From: an uncultured Chthonomonadaceae bacterium
GTDB lineage: Bacteria > Armatimonadota > Chthonomonadetes > Chthonomonadales > Chthonomonadaceae
Direction: 5' to 3'
Length of the DNA: 64,000 nt
Assembly (NCBI GenBank): GCA_963835065.1
Contig: CAWIEK010000008.1
Coordinates: forward strand, 1 to 64,000
The notes under the pieces are model-generated. The model was given only the letters and a program-made list of their open reading frames with translations. It was not told the DNA's origin and did not search any database. Position numbers and translations under genes: made by a program. Below, in pieces: positions 20,805 through 30,582 of the stretch. Within the stretch, counting starts at the first letter, position 1, and each line of letters starts with the position of its first letter.

Positions 20805-20865
20805 GGGTAAATTTTGGAAAAGTCGCAACCTGAAAGTTCTCCAAGTATCTAAACAGTTGCTTCTA

Positions 20866-21810
20866 TCATACCGTAAAAACGGGCGGCGCGATGCCGGTTT
20901 CCGCCTGCAATTGCTGCCAGATGTCGGCAGGAAGGTCAATCTGTACGGCGTCCAGGGTGGCGCGGAGTTCTTCGGGCAGGGCTGCGCCGGTCAGCGTGAT
21001 GTTGATGTCCGGGTTTTGGAGCGGGTACTGCATGGCAAGGGCGAGAACGGAAAGATGACGCGCCTTGCAGAAATCGTACACTCTGCCCGCCAGGTTCGCG
21101 CCCCGCTTTTGTTCCGCGCCCAAATGCGGATTGGCGCGCGGGTCGGTTCCTGTAAACAATCCGAAGCCAAGCGGCGAGCCGTTGATAACGCCTAAATTAT
21201 GCTGCGCCGCTTGGGTAATCAGTTCGCGCGCCGATTGCTGCGCGGGCGTAAAATCCGTGTACGTCAGAATGGTATCAAAATCGCCGTGTCGAACCGCCGT
21301 TTCCAGCAGATGATGAAATCGCGTCGCCAGCCCATAGTAGCGTATCAAGCCCTGTTCCCGCGCCTCGTTCAGCATATCCAGAACGTGCCCGGCTTCCAAA
21401 ACCTGATCCAATGTTTCCACGTCATGGATTTGGAACAGGTCTATGGTGTCCATGCCCAGCCGTTCCAGACTGCTGCGCAGGCTTTGGCGCAGGTGCAGAG
21501 CGGCCTCGCGTCCCGTCAGGGGCGGCGGAATTGGGGATTTCGTCGCCACAAACACGCTGCTCCGGTCAATGCGCCGCAAAAACTCCCCGACGCGGTACTC
21601 CGAGCCGCCATACTGCGCCGACGTATCCACATAGCGCAATCCGGCCTGATACGCCTCGTCCAGCGTCTGCTGAAACTGTTTCAGCGTCGCCGCGTCCGCG
21701 CCCTGTCCGATGTACGCCGTTCCCATGCCCAGCCGAACGCTTTTACCGTTCAGGTCGGCCTGAAACCGCTCCACATACGCGCGGAATGTTTTATCACGGC
21801 TAACTGTCAT
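20866..21810 (-). CDS. Aldo/keto reductase
   Basis: LGMGT, VDTSAQYG, ATK and SLERLGMDTIDLFQIHD motifs. Confidence 0.88.
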   Translation of the reverse strand: MTVSRDKTFRAYVERFQADLNGKSVRLGMGTAYIGQGADAATLKQFQQTLDEAYQAGLRYVDTSAQYGGSEYRVGEFLRRIDRSSVFVATKSPIPPPLTGREAALHLRQSLRSSLERLGMDTIDLFQIHDVETLDQVLEAGHVLDMLNEAREQGLIRYYGLATRFHHLLETAVRHGDFDTILTYTDFTPAQQSARELITQAAQHNLGVINGSPLGFGLFTGTDPRANPHLGAEQKRGANLAGRVYDFCKARHLSVLALAMQYPLQNPDINITLTGAALPEELRATLDAVQIDLPADIWQQLQAETGIAPPVFTV

Positions 21811-21825
21811 TGCGCTTGCCTCGTT

Positions 21826-21897
21826 GGTTTTGACCTCATGCCAATCCCTCTCTGCCCTGCAATGCGCCAGGAGAAGATTTGGCATGAGGTCAAAACC
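21826..21897. repeat. Intergenic palindrome (REP-like)
   Basis: Perfect 19-bp IR GGTTTTGACCTCATGCCAA; related half-site at 23476-23530. Confidence 0.8.
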
Positions 21898-21899
21898 CA

Positions 21900-23075
21900 T
21901 CACTTCGCGGAAAAGATGTACTCCGTTGTTTGGTGATACGTTTCGCCGGGACGCAGCACGACAGTCGGGAATTTGGGATGGTTGATCGAGTCCGGGTAGT
22001 GCTGCGCTTCCAGGCAGAAAGCGTCGTGCTGATTGTATGTGACGCCGCCCGTGCCGGTCAGGTTGCCTTCCAGAAAGTTGCCCGTGTATAACTGTACGCC
22101 GGGTTCCGTCGTGTACATTGTCAGGGTTCGGCCCGTCGTCGGCTCATGCACTTTGGCGGTCAATTTCAGGGTGTGGGCAGCCCCGTTGATGACATAATTG
22201 TGGTCGTAGCCGGTCGTGCCGGTCGGATCGGTTTCCACATCCAGAATATGGTCGCCGATTTTGTGCGACTTGGTAAAATCGAGGGGCGTGCCTTTCACCG
22301 GCTTGATGGCTCCTGTCGGAATCAAGGTCTCGTCGGAAGGCGTGTAGGAAGCGGCGTTGAGCATCAGCTCGTGGTCGGAAACGTCGCCGGAACCGGCCAG
22401 GTTGAAATAGCTGTGGTTGGTCAGGTTGACGGGCGTAGCCTTGTCCGTCGTGGCCGTATATTCGATTTTCACGGCGTCGTTGGCGGTGAGCGTGTAGACG
22501 ACGGAAACGCTCAGATTGCCGGGATAACCTTCCTCGCCATCCCTGCTCAGATACGTAAACTTCACGGCGGGACCTTCGCCGCTGGCAACGGGAGCCGCTT
22601 TCCAGACCCGCTTGTCGAACCCTTTGAGGCCGCCGTGCAGCGAGTTGGGGCCATTATTAACGGCCAGTTTGTACGCCTTGCCGTCCACCGTGAACTTGCC
22701 TTTGGCGATTCGGTTGGCGACCCGCCCGACTGTTGCGCCAAAGTACGCGGTGGCTTTGGTATACTGGTCCAGATTGTCAAATCCGCACACGACATTGCCC
22801 ATTTTGCCGTTCTTGTCCGGCACGTACAATTGCGTCAGTGTCGCGCCATACGTCATCACTTTCGCTTTCACGCCATGCGCATTGGTCAGCGTATAAAGCT
22901 CAACGGCGGTTCCGCCCGGCAGTTTGCCGAACGGGGAGCGCGTGACACCCGCCTGCCCGCCCGCTTTCGCTTTCGTTCCCATCCCGGACTTCATTGGCTT
23001 TTGCGCCAATCCGCGCGTTCCCGCCAGCGCGTTCAGCATCAGAAATCCTGCCATCATTGCAGTTCGCTTCATCAT
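21900..23075 (-). CDS. galM: Aldose 1-epimerase (mutarotase) with signal peptide
   Basis: GRVANRI, LHGG, EEGYPG, NLTNHSYFNL, YDHNY and FCLEAQHYPD motifs. Confidence 0.95.
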   Translation of the reverse strand: MMKRTAMMAGFLMLNALAGTRGLAQKPMKSGMGTKAKAGGQAGVTRSPFGKLPGGTAVELYTLTNAHGVKAKVMTYGATLTQLYVPDKNGKMGNVVCGFDNLDQYTKATAYFGATVGRVANRIAKGKFTVDGKAYKLAVNNGPNSLHGGLKGFDKRVWKAAPVASGEGPAVKFTYLSRDGEEGYPGNLSVSVVYTLTANDAVKIEYTATTDKATPVNLTNHSYFNLAGSGDVSDHELMLNAASYTPSDETLIPTGAIKPVKGTPLDFTKSHKIGDHILDVETDPTGTTGYDHNYVINGAAHTLKLTAKVHEPTTGRTLTMYTTEPGVQLYTGNFLEGNLTGTGGVTYNQHDAFCLEAQHYPDSINHPKFPTVVLRPGETYHQTTEYIFSAK

Positions 23076-23288
23076 GTTTGCTCTCCATGCCCTTCGATTA
23101 GCTTCTGGTTCAACAAGTTCAACACGTTCCCTTCGAATTCAGTTCGCAAAGGTTGATTCTGCCTGCAAGGTCGCTTTTCCTGCTTAAAACTGCCGCGCCC
23201 GGCGAAAACGTTGTCCGGGCGCAAGCGAAACCCTGGGCCAATGGCGCTGCGGACGCAAGAACTGCCGGCTTCTTAACGCCACAGTGTA

Positions 23289-23446
23289 ACTTTTCACCAC
23301 CAAGACACCAAGAACACCAAGAGAAAACAGGCCACAATAGACACAGAATCGAAGTCGGTTTCGTTTTCTCCTGCAATTTCACAACGTTTCCCCTCCCGTT
23401 CTTCTCGTTTTGCTTGGTGTTCTTGGCGTCTTGGTGGTGAAAAGTT
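23289..23446. repeat. Nonamer-type palindromic element, copy 2
   Basis: IR 23286-23321 / 23413-23448 with one mismatch. Flanking 13-bp direct repeat ACGCCRCAGTGTA. Confidence 0.92.
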
Positions 23447-23530
23447 ACGCCGCAGTGTAGCAGCAACATGAAAAAGCCCCTCTCCCAGCGCGTTGCGCAG
23501 CCGGGAGAGGGGTTGGAATGAGGTAAAAAC

Positions 23531-24551
23531 TCACGCGGATTGTTGCCGTCGCTTGCGGCGAGCCAAGAACCCGGCTCCCACCGTCAAACTCGCCAGCAGG
23601 ACACACGCCGATGGTTCGGGTACTGTGGAAAACTCGATGTACGTCGGGAAATCCAAGCCGCCGCTGCCCGCCGAGATGAAGTCGCCCAAATACTGGCGCG
23701 TGGTCGTATCGTAGCGGCGTACCGTGTTCTCATTGGCAAAAGAGATGTACAGGTCGCCATCTGTGGGGGCAAATCGTATTCCCCAGGGGAAGAGGAAACC
23801 GCCGCCGGTGGGCAGCGTAGCAATGCGTTGAACTCTGCAGCCTGGGATCAATCGCCCAGGCGCCTACAATGTAGCCATCGGCATCATACACATTGAAGGG
23901 ATCGGACGAATTCGCAGGCGCAGGGCCGATAGTCAATCCCGCAGGGGCAACGCTTAACCGCCCAAAATTCGAGTCACCGAGCAAATCGCCTGTCGCGGAA
24001 AAATGGCTTATTAAGGTCTCGCCGTAGCTGCTCACGTAGAGTGTGCCATCCGGGGCGAAAGCCATGCCGTAACTGTCATTGCTGATGTAGGGAAAGCGGG
24101 GGTTGACAAAGTTCTTGATAAACGCCCCTGTGTGGCCGTCGTACTCCTTGATAGCCGCAAATGTGCCGCCGCTGATGACATACAAATTCCCATCAGGGCC
24201 GAACGTCAGGTCCAATGGATTTTGCAATCCGCCCACACCTGCGGCCACAAAGTTGTCCACGAATGCGCCGGTCTTCACGTCGTACCGCTGAATCTCGTTG
24301 TTGTAGTAGCTGCCTACGTACAGCAGGCCGGTCTTGTCGGCGTACAGGCCGGTTGGCAATTCCAGGTCGTGCCCCGCTTCCAGGTTGCCCAGGTACTCGC
24401 CTGTACCGGCATTATAGCGTTTCACCTCATTCGTATTGTCGCTGTCCACGAACAGAATTTGCGCCCCTGCGGGTACGACAGCCAGCATTGCCAACCCGCA
24501 GCCGACTGCGCGGGCGAAAGAATGAACCAGAGAACGAACCATGAATGTCAT
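23531..24551 (-). CDS. PEP-CTERM-sorted NHL/beta-propeller surface protein, frameshifted near 23810-23870
   Basis: AAGGAGG RBS, signal peptide and LTFGPDGNLYV blades. C-terminal VPEPS, TM helix and RRKRR lie in a second frame. Confidence 0.82.
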
Positions 24552-24669
24552 ATCCTGCCTCCTTACAAAAACATGCAAAATAGCGATGGTGGCCTTTGCG
24601 GACTAAAAGCCAGCAAGCCCCCGCTGGATTAACACCGCCGCAACGCATCATATCAGGAGGTCAGGCAGG

Positions 24670-25302
24670 TTATTTTGACATTATTTTGGTGATTTTTAAG
24701 GATTGAGAAGCGCAGGAACGCGGCAAAGCGGGGACAGGAGCGGAGCTGATTAGCTGCCGGGCTTCCGTCGCGCTCCAGCCCTGTGCCAGAAGCAGACGCG
24801 CGAGACGGCGGTGGATGTGGTAGATAGCCTGCGTCACGGCAGCCGGGGTGCGGCTTGTTCGCTCGGATAGTTGTACGAGGCTCTGCTGGCGCAGATGGTA
24901 GCCCAGGAACAAATCGCGCTGTTCCGGGGTGAACTGGCGCAGGGTTACGAGTACCTGTTCCCACAACGCTTTGCGCAGCGTCAGGGTGCGGGGGCCGGCG
25001 TTTCTGGAGATTGGCTCACCGGAACGGGGAACGCATGTACCGGATTGTTCGCAGTAAGCGCGTTCGCGCTGCTGGCGGCGCAATAGGGAACGCAGATAGT
25101 TGGCGGCATAGTTGTGGGCGCAGCGATGCAGCCAGGCCGCGCTGCCGGAAGGAGACGCGCCCTGTGGGTAGGAGTTAGTAACGCGCATCAGGTGCAGGCG
25201 GAAATCCGAGGCACAGTCCTGCGCGTCTTCGCGGGACAATCCCAGGCGACGCGCATACGCATACGCAAGGCGAATCGGGTCGGGGGCAGCAGAAATCGGC
25301 AT
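24670..25302 (-). CDS. Divergent ECF-type sigma factor
   Basis: GLSREDAQDC, AWLHRCAHNYAANYLR and a region-4-like C-terminus. Start uncertain (25302 or 25323). Confidence 0.7.
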   Translation of the reverse strand: MPISAAPDPIRLAYAYARRLGLSREDAQDCASDFRLHLMRVTNSYPQGASPSGSAAWLHRCAHNYAANYLRSLLRRQQRERAYCEQSGTCVPRSGEPISRNAGPRTLTLRKALWEQVLVTLRQFTPEQRDLFLGYHLRQQSLVQLSERTSRTPAAVTQAIYHIHRRLARLLLAQGWSATEARQLISSAPVPALPRSCASQSLKITKIMSK

Positions 25303-25345
25303 GGATCGCGCTCCTTTACACATACAGGAACACCAGAAAATAAAG

Positions 25346-25390
25346 AATGGGCGTCAAGGCATGAGGACTTTCTCTGCTTTGACGCCCATT
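25346..25390 (-). terminator. Stem-loop followed by a U-rich tract on the minus strand
   Basis: AATGGGCGTCAA...TTGACGCCCATT, then CTTTATTTT. Confidence 0.55.
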
Positions 25391-25502
25391 TATAAAAATC
25401 TGTTCCTGCGCAACACGAAAAAACTTACAATTTTTCCTGCAATTTTTCCTGGCGCTATTCGGGCGCGTCCTGCATAATACAGTTTCGCGTCGGCTTCATG
25501 GG

Positions 25503-27719
25503 TTATCTTTCCTGCGCGGCTTTTTCGTCCTCGTCGGCGCGGTCCGCTTTTTGTACCAGGGGGGTGGCGATGGCAAACTCATATTCGTCCACGTTAGCGA
25601 TCACGATGGCATGAATGGGAGTCAACTTCAGGTCGCGCTTTAAGAACGGCTGCGTATTGTTGCCGTCCGGGCGCACGATCATGGTCAATTCGGTTTGGTT
25701 AGGGCCTGCCGTTTCCTGATTGGCGACCCAACCCGACGGCAGATTTTCGATCTGAATGGTGACATTGCCTTTGAAATCGCCACGTCGCTGTATTTTCACT
25801 TTCACTTCCACGCCCTTGCGCGGATGCGCCTTGATTGGCCCACTGTCGGCAAGCGTGACGCTGAACTCCGGCTGCCCGCGCACGACAACCAGACATTCGG
25901 AGCGGGTGAGATAGCGGGGATTGTTCTGGATGCGGTACGTTTCCTGTGGCACGGCGCGGGTTTTCACTTCGCCATTCGGCCCCTGCGCGGAAGCGTATAG
26001 TTCTATGGGCTGTTCGGACGGCGCGGCGTTTGCCTCCGCGTTCAAAATCACATAGCCGCGATTGCGGTCCGGCGGAATGATAGCCGGGCTGCACGTGACG
26101 CCGGGCGGCAGATTGGCGGCGGATATAGTGACATCTCCGGTAATGCCTTCCCGCCGCGCAAGCGTGATTTCAACGGGCGTGGACATGCCGGGGCGGATCG
26201 TCACGCTTGCCGGACGCGCCACGCACTCCAGCACGGCAGACGCGGGTCGCGCTTCCACGCAGTACACGTAACTGGTTCCCATGCTGTCGTCTTCGGGGTC
26301 CTGAATCTTTTCTTTGGGCGCTTCCACTTTCAGCGAATACACTTTGCCCGCTTCCAGATCGGCCACGAGCCTGCCGTCCACTTCCAGACGCCGCAGCCCG
26401 TCGTTGCGCCCCACGCCGCCCATGTTGGCAACCGCGCGGTTTTTGTCGTTCAGCAGGGTCACGCGCACCCGTGACGGCGAACCTAGCCGGGTCGAATACA
26501 CGCTGAATTCAAAGCGTCCCTTGCCCTGCACGTAAAACGATTGCGCGTCGCCGTCATTGGTCAGGCGTCCCGTAAACGCGGCGGGCAGGGTCGTGTTGGC
26601 GGAAGGTTTGGCGTCGGCGCGTATTACAGGATAGGTGGACACGTACACGGGCAGCGGCCCAACCGGGCTGCTCACGGTTGTGATACCGGAAAGGGCGGGC
26701 GTATCCATGCTGAACGCGGTCTTTGCGCCTTCGAGGTTTTTGCCCACAACGGCTGCATACACATGCGAACTTGCGGGAACGGCGGGCGGATTGATGGCGG
26801 TATCATACGCTACGCTGCCCATCGCCAGCCGGTACACGCTGCCCGGATTGCCCTTGCCCAAAAGATCCCGCGCTTCCAGCACATAGTCGCCGTTTTCCGG
26901 GCATGTCCAGTCAATCAAGGGGTCAAGGTCATAGTAGCCATGATTTTCAACCAACTGCTTACCCGCGCTGTCGTACAAGCGCAGATTGGGATTGAAAAAC
27001 TCCTGCGACAGTTCGTTGTAGCGATACGCTTTCATATTGAACACGTAGCGCTTGCCCTTTTGCGCCGCGAATTTGAGATAGTGCCGCTCGCCGTTGCCCG
27101 CCATATTGCCGTTGACCACGCAGGGCAGCGTGACCGATTGGGGCTGCTGCATGGTATTGTTGACGGCCAGCAGTTCGGGCAATTGTCCCACTTCAAACAG
27201 GCCGACTGTAGAAACGCCTTTGGGAGTCGCCACCCGTATCTCGCACAAGCCGGGCAGGGTATCGGGCGCGATTTTGATTTGCGCCGTGATTTTCCCCGCC
27301 CGCGCCAGAGCCGTCAGGTATTGCGTCACTTTGGCTGTTTCGTCCGCGGAAAGCGGAGCCTGCCGCACCTTCACCATGCGGTCTACCGTTGCCGCCCATT
27401 GCGCGGGCGTCAGGCTCCGGTTGGCAGGGGAGCGCAGTTCGTGGCACGACGCGCACTTGCTTTGCCAGATTGGTTTGAACGTTTCGTCCGCCTTGACGCC
27501 GCCGGGATTGACGGTTCCGGTCACGCCCGCGCCCAACACGATCAGCTTGTCCGCTCCGGTCAGGCTTGACCCGCGTATCTCGACATCTACGGTTTCGCCC
27601 GCCTTGCCGCCAATCGGAAAGAACGTGTTGATGCGCGGCAACTGCGCCCCACACCAATGGGAAACAACCATGCCTGCGAGCAGGAAAGCCGACGTTATAA
27701 AATGTTTCGTGGTTTGCAT
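25503..27719 (-). CDS. Secreted pre-peptidase C-terminal (PPC) repeat protein with an inserted c-type heme domain
   Basis: FPIGGKAGETVDVEIRG start; DPLIDWTCPENGDYVLEARD..GKG...YRL PPC motif; CASCH...WAATVDRM. Confidence 0.75.
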   Translation of the reverse strand: MQTTKHFITSAFLLAGMVVSHWCGAQLPRINTFFPIGGKAGETVDVEIRGSSLTGADKLIVLGAGVTGTVNPGGVKADETFKPIWQSKCASCHELRSPANRSLTPAQWAATVDRMVKVRQAPLSADETAKVTQYLTALARAGKITAQIKIAPDTLPGLCEIRVATPKGVSTVGLFEVGQLPELLAVNNTMQQPQSVTLPCVVNGNMAGNGERHYLKFAAQKGKRYVFNMKAYRYNELSQEFFNPNLRLYDSAGKQLVENHGYYDLDPLIDWTCPENGDYVLEARDLLGKGNPGSVYRLAMGSVAYDTAINPPAVPASSHVYAAVVGKNLEGAKTAFSMDTPALSGITTVSSPVGPLPVYVSTYPVIRADAKPSANTTLPAAFTGRLTNDGDAQSFYVQGKGRFEFSVYSTRLGSPSRVRVTLLNDKNRAVANMGGVGRNDGLRRLEVDGRLVADLEAGKVYSLKVEAPKEKIQDPEDDSMGTSYVYCVEARPASAVLECVARPASVTIRPGMSTPVEITLARREGITGDVTISAANLPPGVTCSPAIIPPDRNRGYVILNAEANAAPSEQPIELYASAQGPNGEVKTRAVPQETYRIQNNPRYLTRSECLVVVRGQPEFSVTLADSGPIKAHPRKGVEVKVKIQRRGDFKGNVTIQIENLPSGWVANQETAGPNQTELTMIVRPDGNNTQPFLKRDLKLTPIHAIVIANVDEYEFAIATPLVQKADRADEDEKAAQER

Positions 27720-27762
27720 AGTGGATAAAGTAGATACCAAGTCTGCGCTGTGAAAGCGGTGG

Positions 27763-28098
27763 TCAGGCTGCAGCCAACTCGGAGTATTGCCGCTCTTCCG
27801 GCGGGACCATCCCCGGCAGGAGATGCTCGAAAAGGACGCCCGCCTGAAAAAAGTAGTGTTCGATATCAATGTCCGTCGCGTTTTCCTGAACCCATATCTT
27901 GCCGTCTATGAGGTCGAAGTGCATCATGATGTTATGAACGCGCCGTTTCCCTTCCCACCCGACCGTGCAGAGTTGGTAATGCCCGCGCTCATCGTCAAAC
28001 AGAAGTTCCGTGCGAACACTTTCGGTTGAAGGCACGTAGCCCGCTACTTCCTGAAGCAGTTCCTTGATTATGGTTCGGTAGCGTTCGGTTCGATCCAT
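27763..28098 (-). CDS. xisI: XisI-family protein
   Basis: LFDDERGHYQL, GWEGKRRVH and HFDLIDGKIWVQEN motifs. Confidence 0.9.
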   Translation of the reverse strand: MDRTERYRTIIKELLQEVAGYVPSTESVRTELLFDDERGHYQLCTVGWEGKRRVHNIMMHFDLIDGKIWVQENATDIDIEHYFFQAGVLFEHLLPGMVPPEERQYSELAAA

Positions 28099-28502
28099 TG
28101 AACAATCGTCTCCTTGTCTGCATCATAGATGAGCCTGTATACGCCATAATGCCGCATCATATCGCCAATTTCGGTTTCCTGCTCAAATAGTTCCAATGTC
28201 TGTTTCGGCAATGCAAGCCAGACAACACGCTCCGGCTGCCGCTTCTGCACAAGATAACGATAGAAAAGGTACTGGCCCAACGCTCTTTGGATTGCGTAGA
28301 TTGGCGAAAAAGCGTTGTACCCCTTGATCTCCACGGCAATCTTGCGCCCCTCTTTTTCCGCTGCCAGCGGTCTTTCCGCTCCCAAATCCACAAACACGGT
28401 TTGCTTGGTTAATTTGATGGAAAGCGGATCATCAGTCACAGTCCAGCCGTCTTTGAGGAGAGCGGCTTTTAATTTCTCGTGGAACAGGTCTTTTGCAGGC
28501 AT
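28068..28502 (-). CDS. xisH: XisH-family (PD-(D/E)xK) protein
   Basis: MPAKDLFH, KDGWTVTDDPL, DLGAE, IAVEIK and ALGQY motifs. Confidence 0.9.
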   Translation of the reverse strand: MPAKDLFHEKLKAALLKDGWTVTDDPLSIKLTKQTVFVDLGAERPLAAEKEGRKIAVEIKGYNAFSPIYAIQRALGQYLFYRYLVQKRQPERVVWLALPKQTLELFEQETEIGDMMRHYGVYRLIYDADKETIVQWIEPNATEP

Positions 28503-28528
28503 AAGCGTACCCTGATCAAATAGAATTT

Positions 28529-28756
28529 TCATGCCTGCGTCATTTGCGCCCAATGGGTCTGCTCATAATCCAGTAATGTTTTCACCTGGGCGCGTGTTAC
28601 TCCGGGAAACCATTCAAGAAATTCTTCCACCGAAGCGCCGTCTTTTAGATTTTCGAACAAGGCGGCAACAGGAACGCGCGTTCCCCGAAACACCCACGCG
28701 CCACTCATCTTCATAGGGTTACACTCAACCACTTCCAAAAGGTCGCTATTTCGCAT
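28529..28756 (-). CDS. DUF433 antitoxin-like protein
   Basis: MSGAWVFRGTRVPVAALFENLKDGASVEEFLEWFP motif. Confidence 0.88.
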   Translation of the reverse strand: MRNSDLLEVVECNPMKMSGAWVFRGTRVPVAALFENLKDGASVEEFLEWFPGVTRAQVKTLLDYEQTHWAQMTQA

Positions 28757-28992
28757 GACATTCACCCTCTTTGATAAAAGGAATGTTTTCCGCCGCCAGA
28801 TACGCCAACGCGGTTTCCGCTACAGTCATCTCTCCGCTTGCCCAACTCTTGAAAGAAAAACGGCCTGCCAGAAAGCTGAGCGCGCGACGCTTCAACTCCG
28901 CATCGGGAAAACTAATAAGTATCATTACAATTGCTCCAACTCTTCGTTCGCCAGCGAAATAGCCTGTTTGGTAAAGTCAAGCACCGGCTTCA

Positions 28993-29202
28993 TCATGTCA
29001 GCACCATTGCCTTAAGCGTCGTTAAAATGGCGCGAGTCTCCCCCTTCAACTCCCGATTATCAGCTTTGAGGCGTTCAATTTCTTCCTGTTCGGCCTCAAT
29101 ATCGCTGCGCAGGCGCAGTATCTCAGCAAAATAGTCTTCCAGCGTCCGGGCTTCTTCGGCGGTGGTGGTCAGATTCGATTGCGCTATAAGGTTGTCTTGC
29201 AT
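28993..29202 (-). CDS. Small coiled-coil hypothetical protein
   Basis: 69 aa, GAGGA RBS, heptad pattern; ATGA-coupled to a 23-aa ORF at 28925-28996. Confidence 0.6.
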   Translation of the reverse strand: MQDNLIAQSNLTTTAEEARTLEDYFAEILRLRSDIEAEQEEIERLKADNRELKGETRAILTTLKAMVLT

Positions 29203-29287
29203 GATAATATCCTCTGCCTACAGTATATCACAGGTGATTGTGCCATGACATAGCCACATCTTTCTGCGTCGGCTTACTCCCGCTACC

Positions 29288-30535
29288 TTACTTGCTTTTC
29301 GCTGTTGACTTCGCGCCTGCTTGCGCTTTTTTCACGATTGATGCAGCTTTGGGCGCGGGAGGCTTGGGCAGTTCGGGAGGAAGGAGGTTGTTGAGGAGTT
29401 TGTTGCCGTCTACGTCCCATACGTACAGGATGCCGTCACGCCCGCCGCCTGCTGCCGTTTTGCCATCCGGGCTGAGAGCGACCGCGTACATGGGCTGCGC
29501 CAGATTTTTAAATTCGCGGACACGCCCGCCGTCCGGGTTCCAGATGATCACGGATTTGTCCATGCCGCACGTCACAAAGCGCCTGCCGTCTGCGGAACCG
29601 CTCAGGGCGAATACGCCGCCATCGTGCGCCCCGACTGTGCGGAAATGGTAGCCGTTGTAGGTTTTCTTTTTGGTGTCGTAGCCGACGCCCCACCAGTACA
29701 ATTTGCCGTCCAGGCTGCTGCCGACAAACTGGCTGTCATTGATAAACGCCAATCCCGTTACGCCGCCCTCGCTTTGATCGAAGTTGACGACCGTGTGGTT
29801 GGTCTTCATGTCCCATACTTTGACGATGCGATCCAGTCCCGCCGTAATAAAAATGGTGTCGGGCTTGGGCGAAAACGCGACGGCCTGTACGCGCCCATTA
29901 TGCTCGTCCAGCACAATGCCGTTCGCGTCCGGGAAAGACGAGAAATAGCGTACTTTGTTGTCGTCCGCGCCGCATAGCAAGGCCTTGCCGTCCTTGCGAA
30001 ACGCCAGCGCCTCAATCACATCTTTTTGCGCCGGGTAAGCGCGGGGCTTGTCGGCAGAATTCATATCCCACGTCAGCGCCAATCCGTTGCGCCCCGACAG
30101 TCCGCAGCCAATCGCCAGCGTCAAGCCGTCCGGGCTGAACGCCAGTGACCGTACCGCGTCTTCCACCTGCCGCGTCAAACCAACCGGCTGCCACGTTTGG
30201 GTATCATACACCACCACCTGCCCCTGCGTTCCCACCGCCAGTTTCTTCCCGTCCGGGCTGTACGCCAGCGCGGAAACCGCCGCAACCGGATGGTCAAGGA
30301 CAATCGGCGCGGGGACAACAGGAACAGGAGCCGCCGCAACGGGGGGCGCGGCCTGCGCAGCGGCGGGAACGGAGTTCACCACAGAGGCACAGAGACACAG
30401 AGGGGTCACAGAGAAGACAAGGAGACGGGGAGACAAGGAGAAGAGGAGAGAAGGAAGCCTCCTGAGCCGTAACCGGCCCTGAGTACCCTTCAAACTGCAC
30501 CTCGCCTCCATATCTCTCATTTCCCATCTTCTCAT
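29288..30535 (-). CDS. Secreted WD40-repeat protein (start uncertain, 30511-30535)
   Basis: Multiple LAFSPDG ... VWD blades. Confidence 0.88.
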   Translation of the reverse strand: MRRWEMRDMEARCSLKGTQGRLRLRRLPSLLFSLSPRLLVFSVTPLCLCASVVNSVPAAAQAAPPVAAAPVPVVPAPIVLDHPVAAVSALAYSPDGKKLAVGTQGQVVVYDTQTWQPVGLTRQVEDAVRSLAFSPDGLTLAIGCGLSGRNGLALTWDMNSADKPRAYPAQKDVIEALAFRKDGKALLCGADDNKVRYFSSFPDANGIVLDEHNGRVQAVAFSPKPDTIFITAGLDRIVKVWDMKTNHTVVNFDQSEGGVTGLAFINDSQFVGSSLDGKLYWWGVGYDTKKKTYNGYHFRTVGAHDGGVFALSGSADGRRFVTCGMDKSVIIWNPDGGRVREFKNLAQPMYAVALSPDGKTAAGGGRDGILYVWDVDGNKLLNNLLPPELPKPPAPKAASIVKKAQAGAKSTAKSK

Positions 30536-30574
30536 CTCTGTGACCCCTCTGTGTCTCTGTGCCTCTGTGGTGAA
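30375..30574. repeat. Nonamer-type palindrome with perfect 40-bp arms
   Basis: TTCACCACAGAGGCACAGAGACACAGAGGGGTCACAGAGA (30375-30414), reverse complement at 30535-30574. Confidence 0.93.
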
Positions 30575-30582
30575 ATCGTATT

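Noticed and set aside
27763..28502. fdxN-type excision element implied by xisH/xisI
   Set aside because: No XisF-like serine recombinase or interrupted gene; the pair is commonly found alone.
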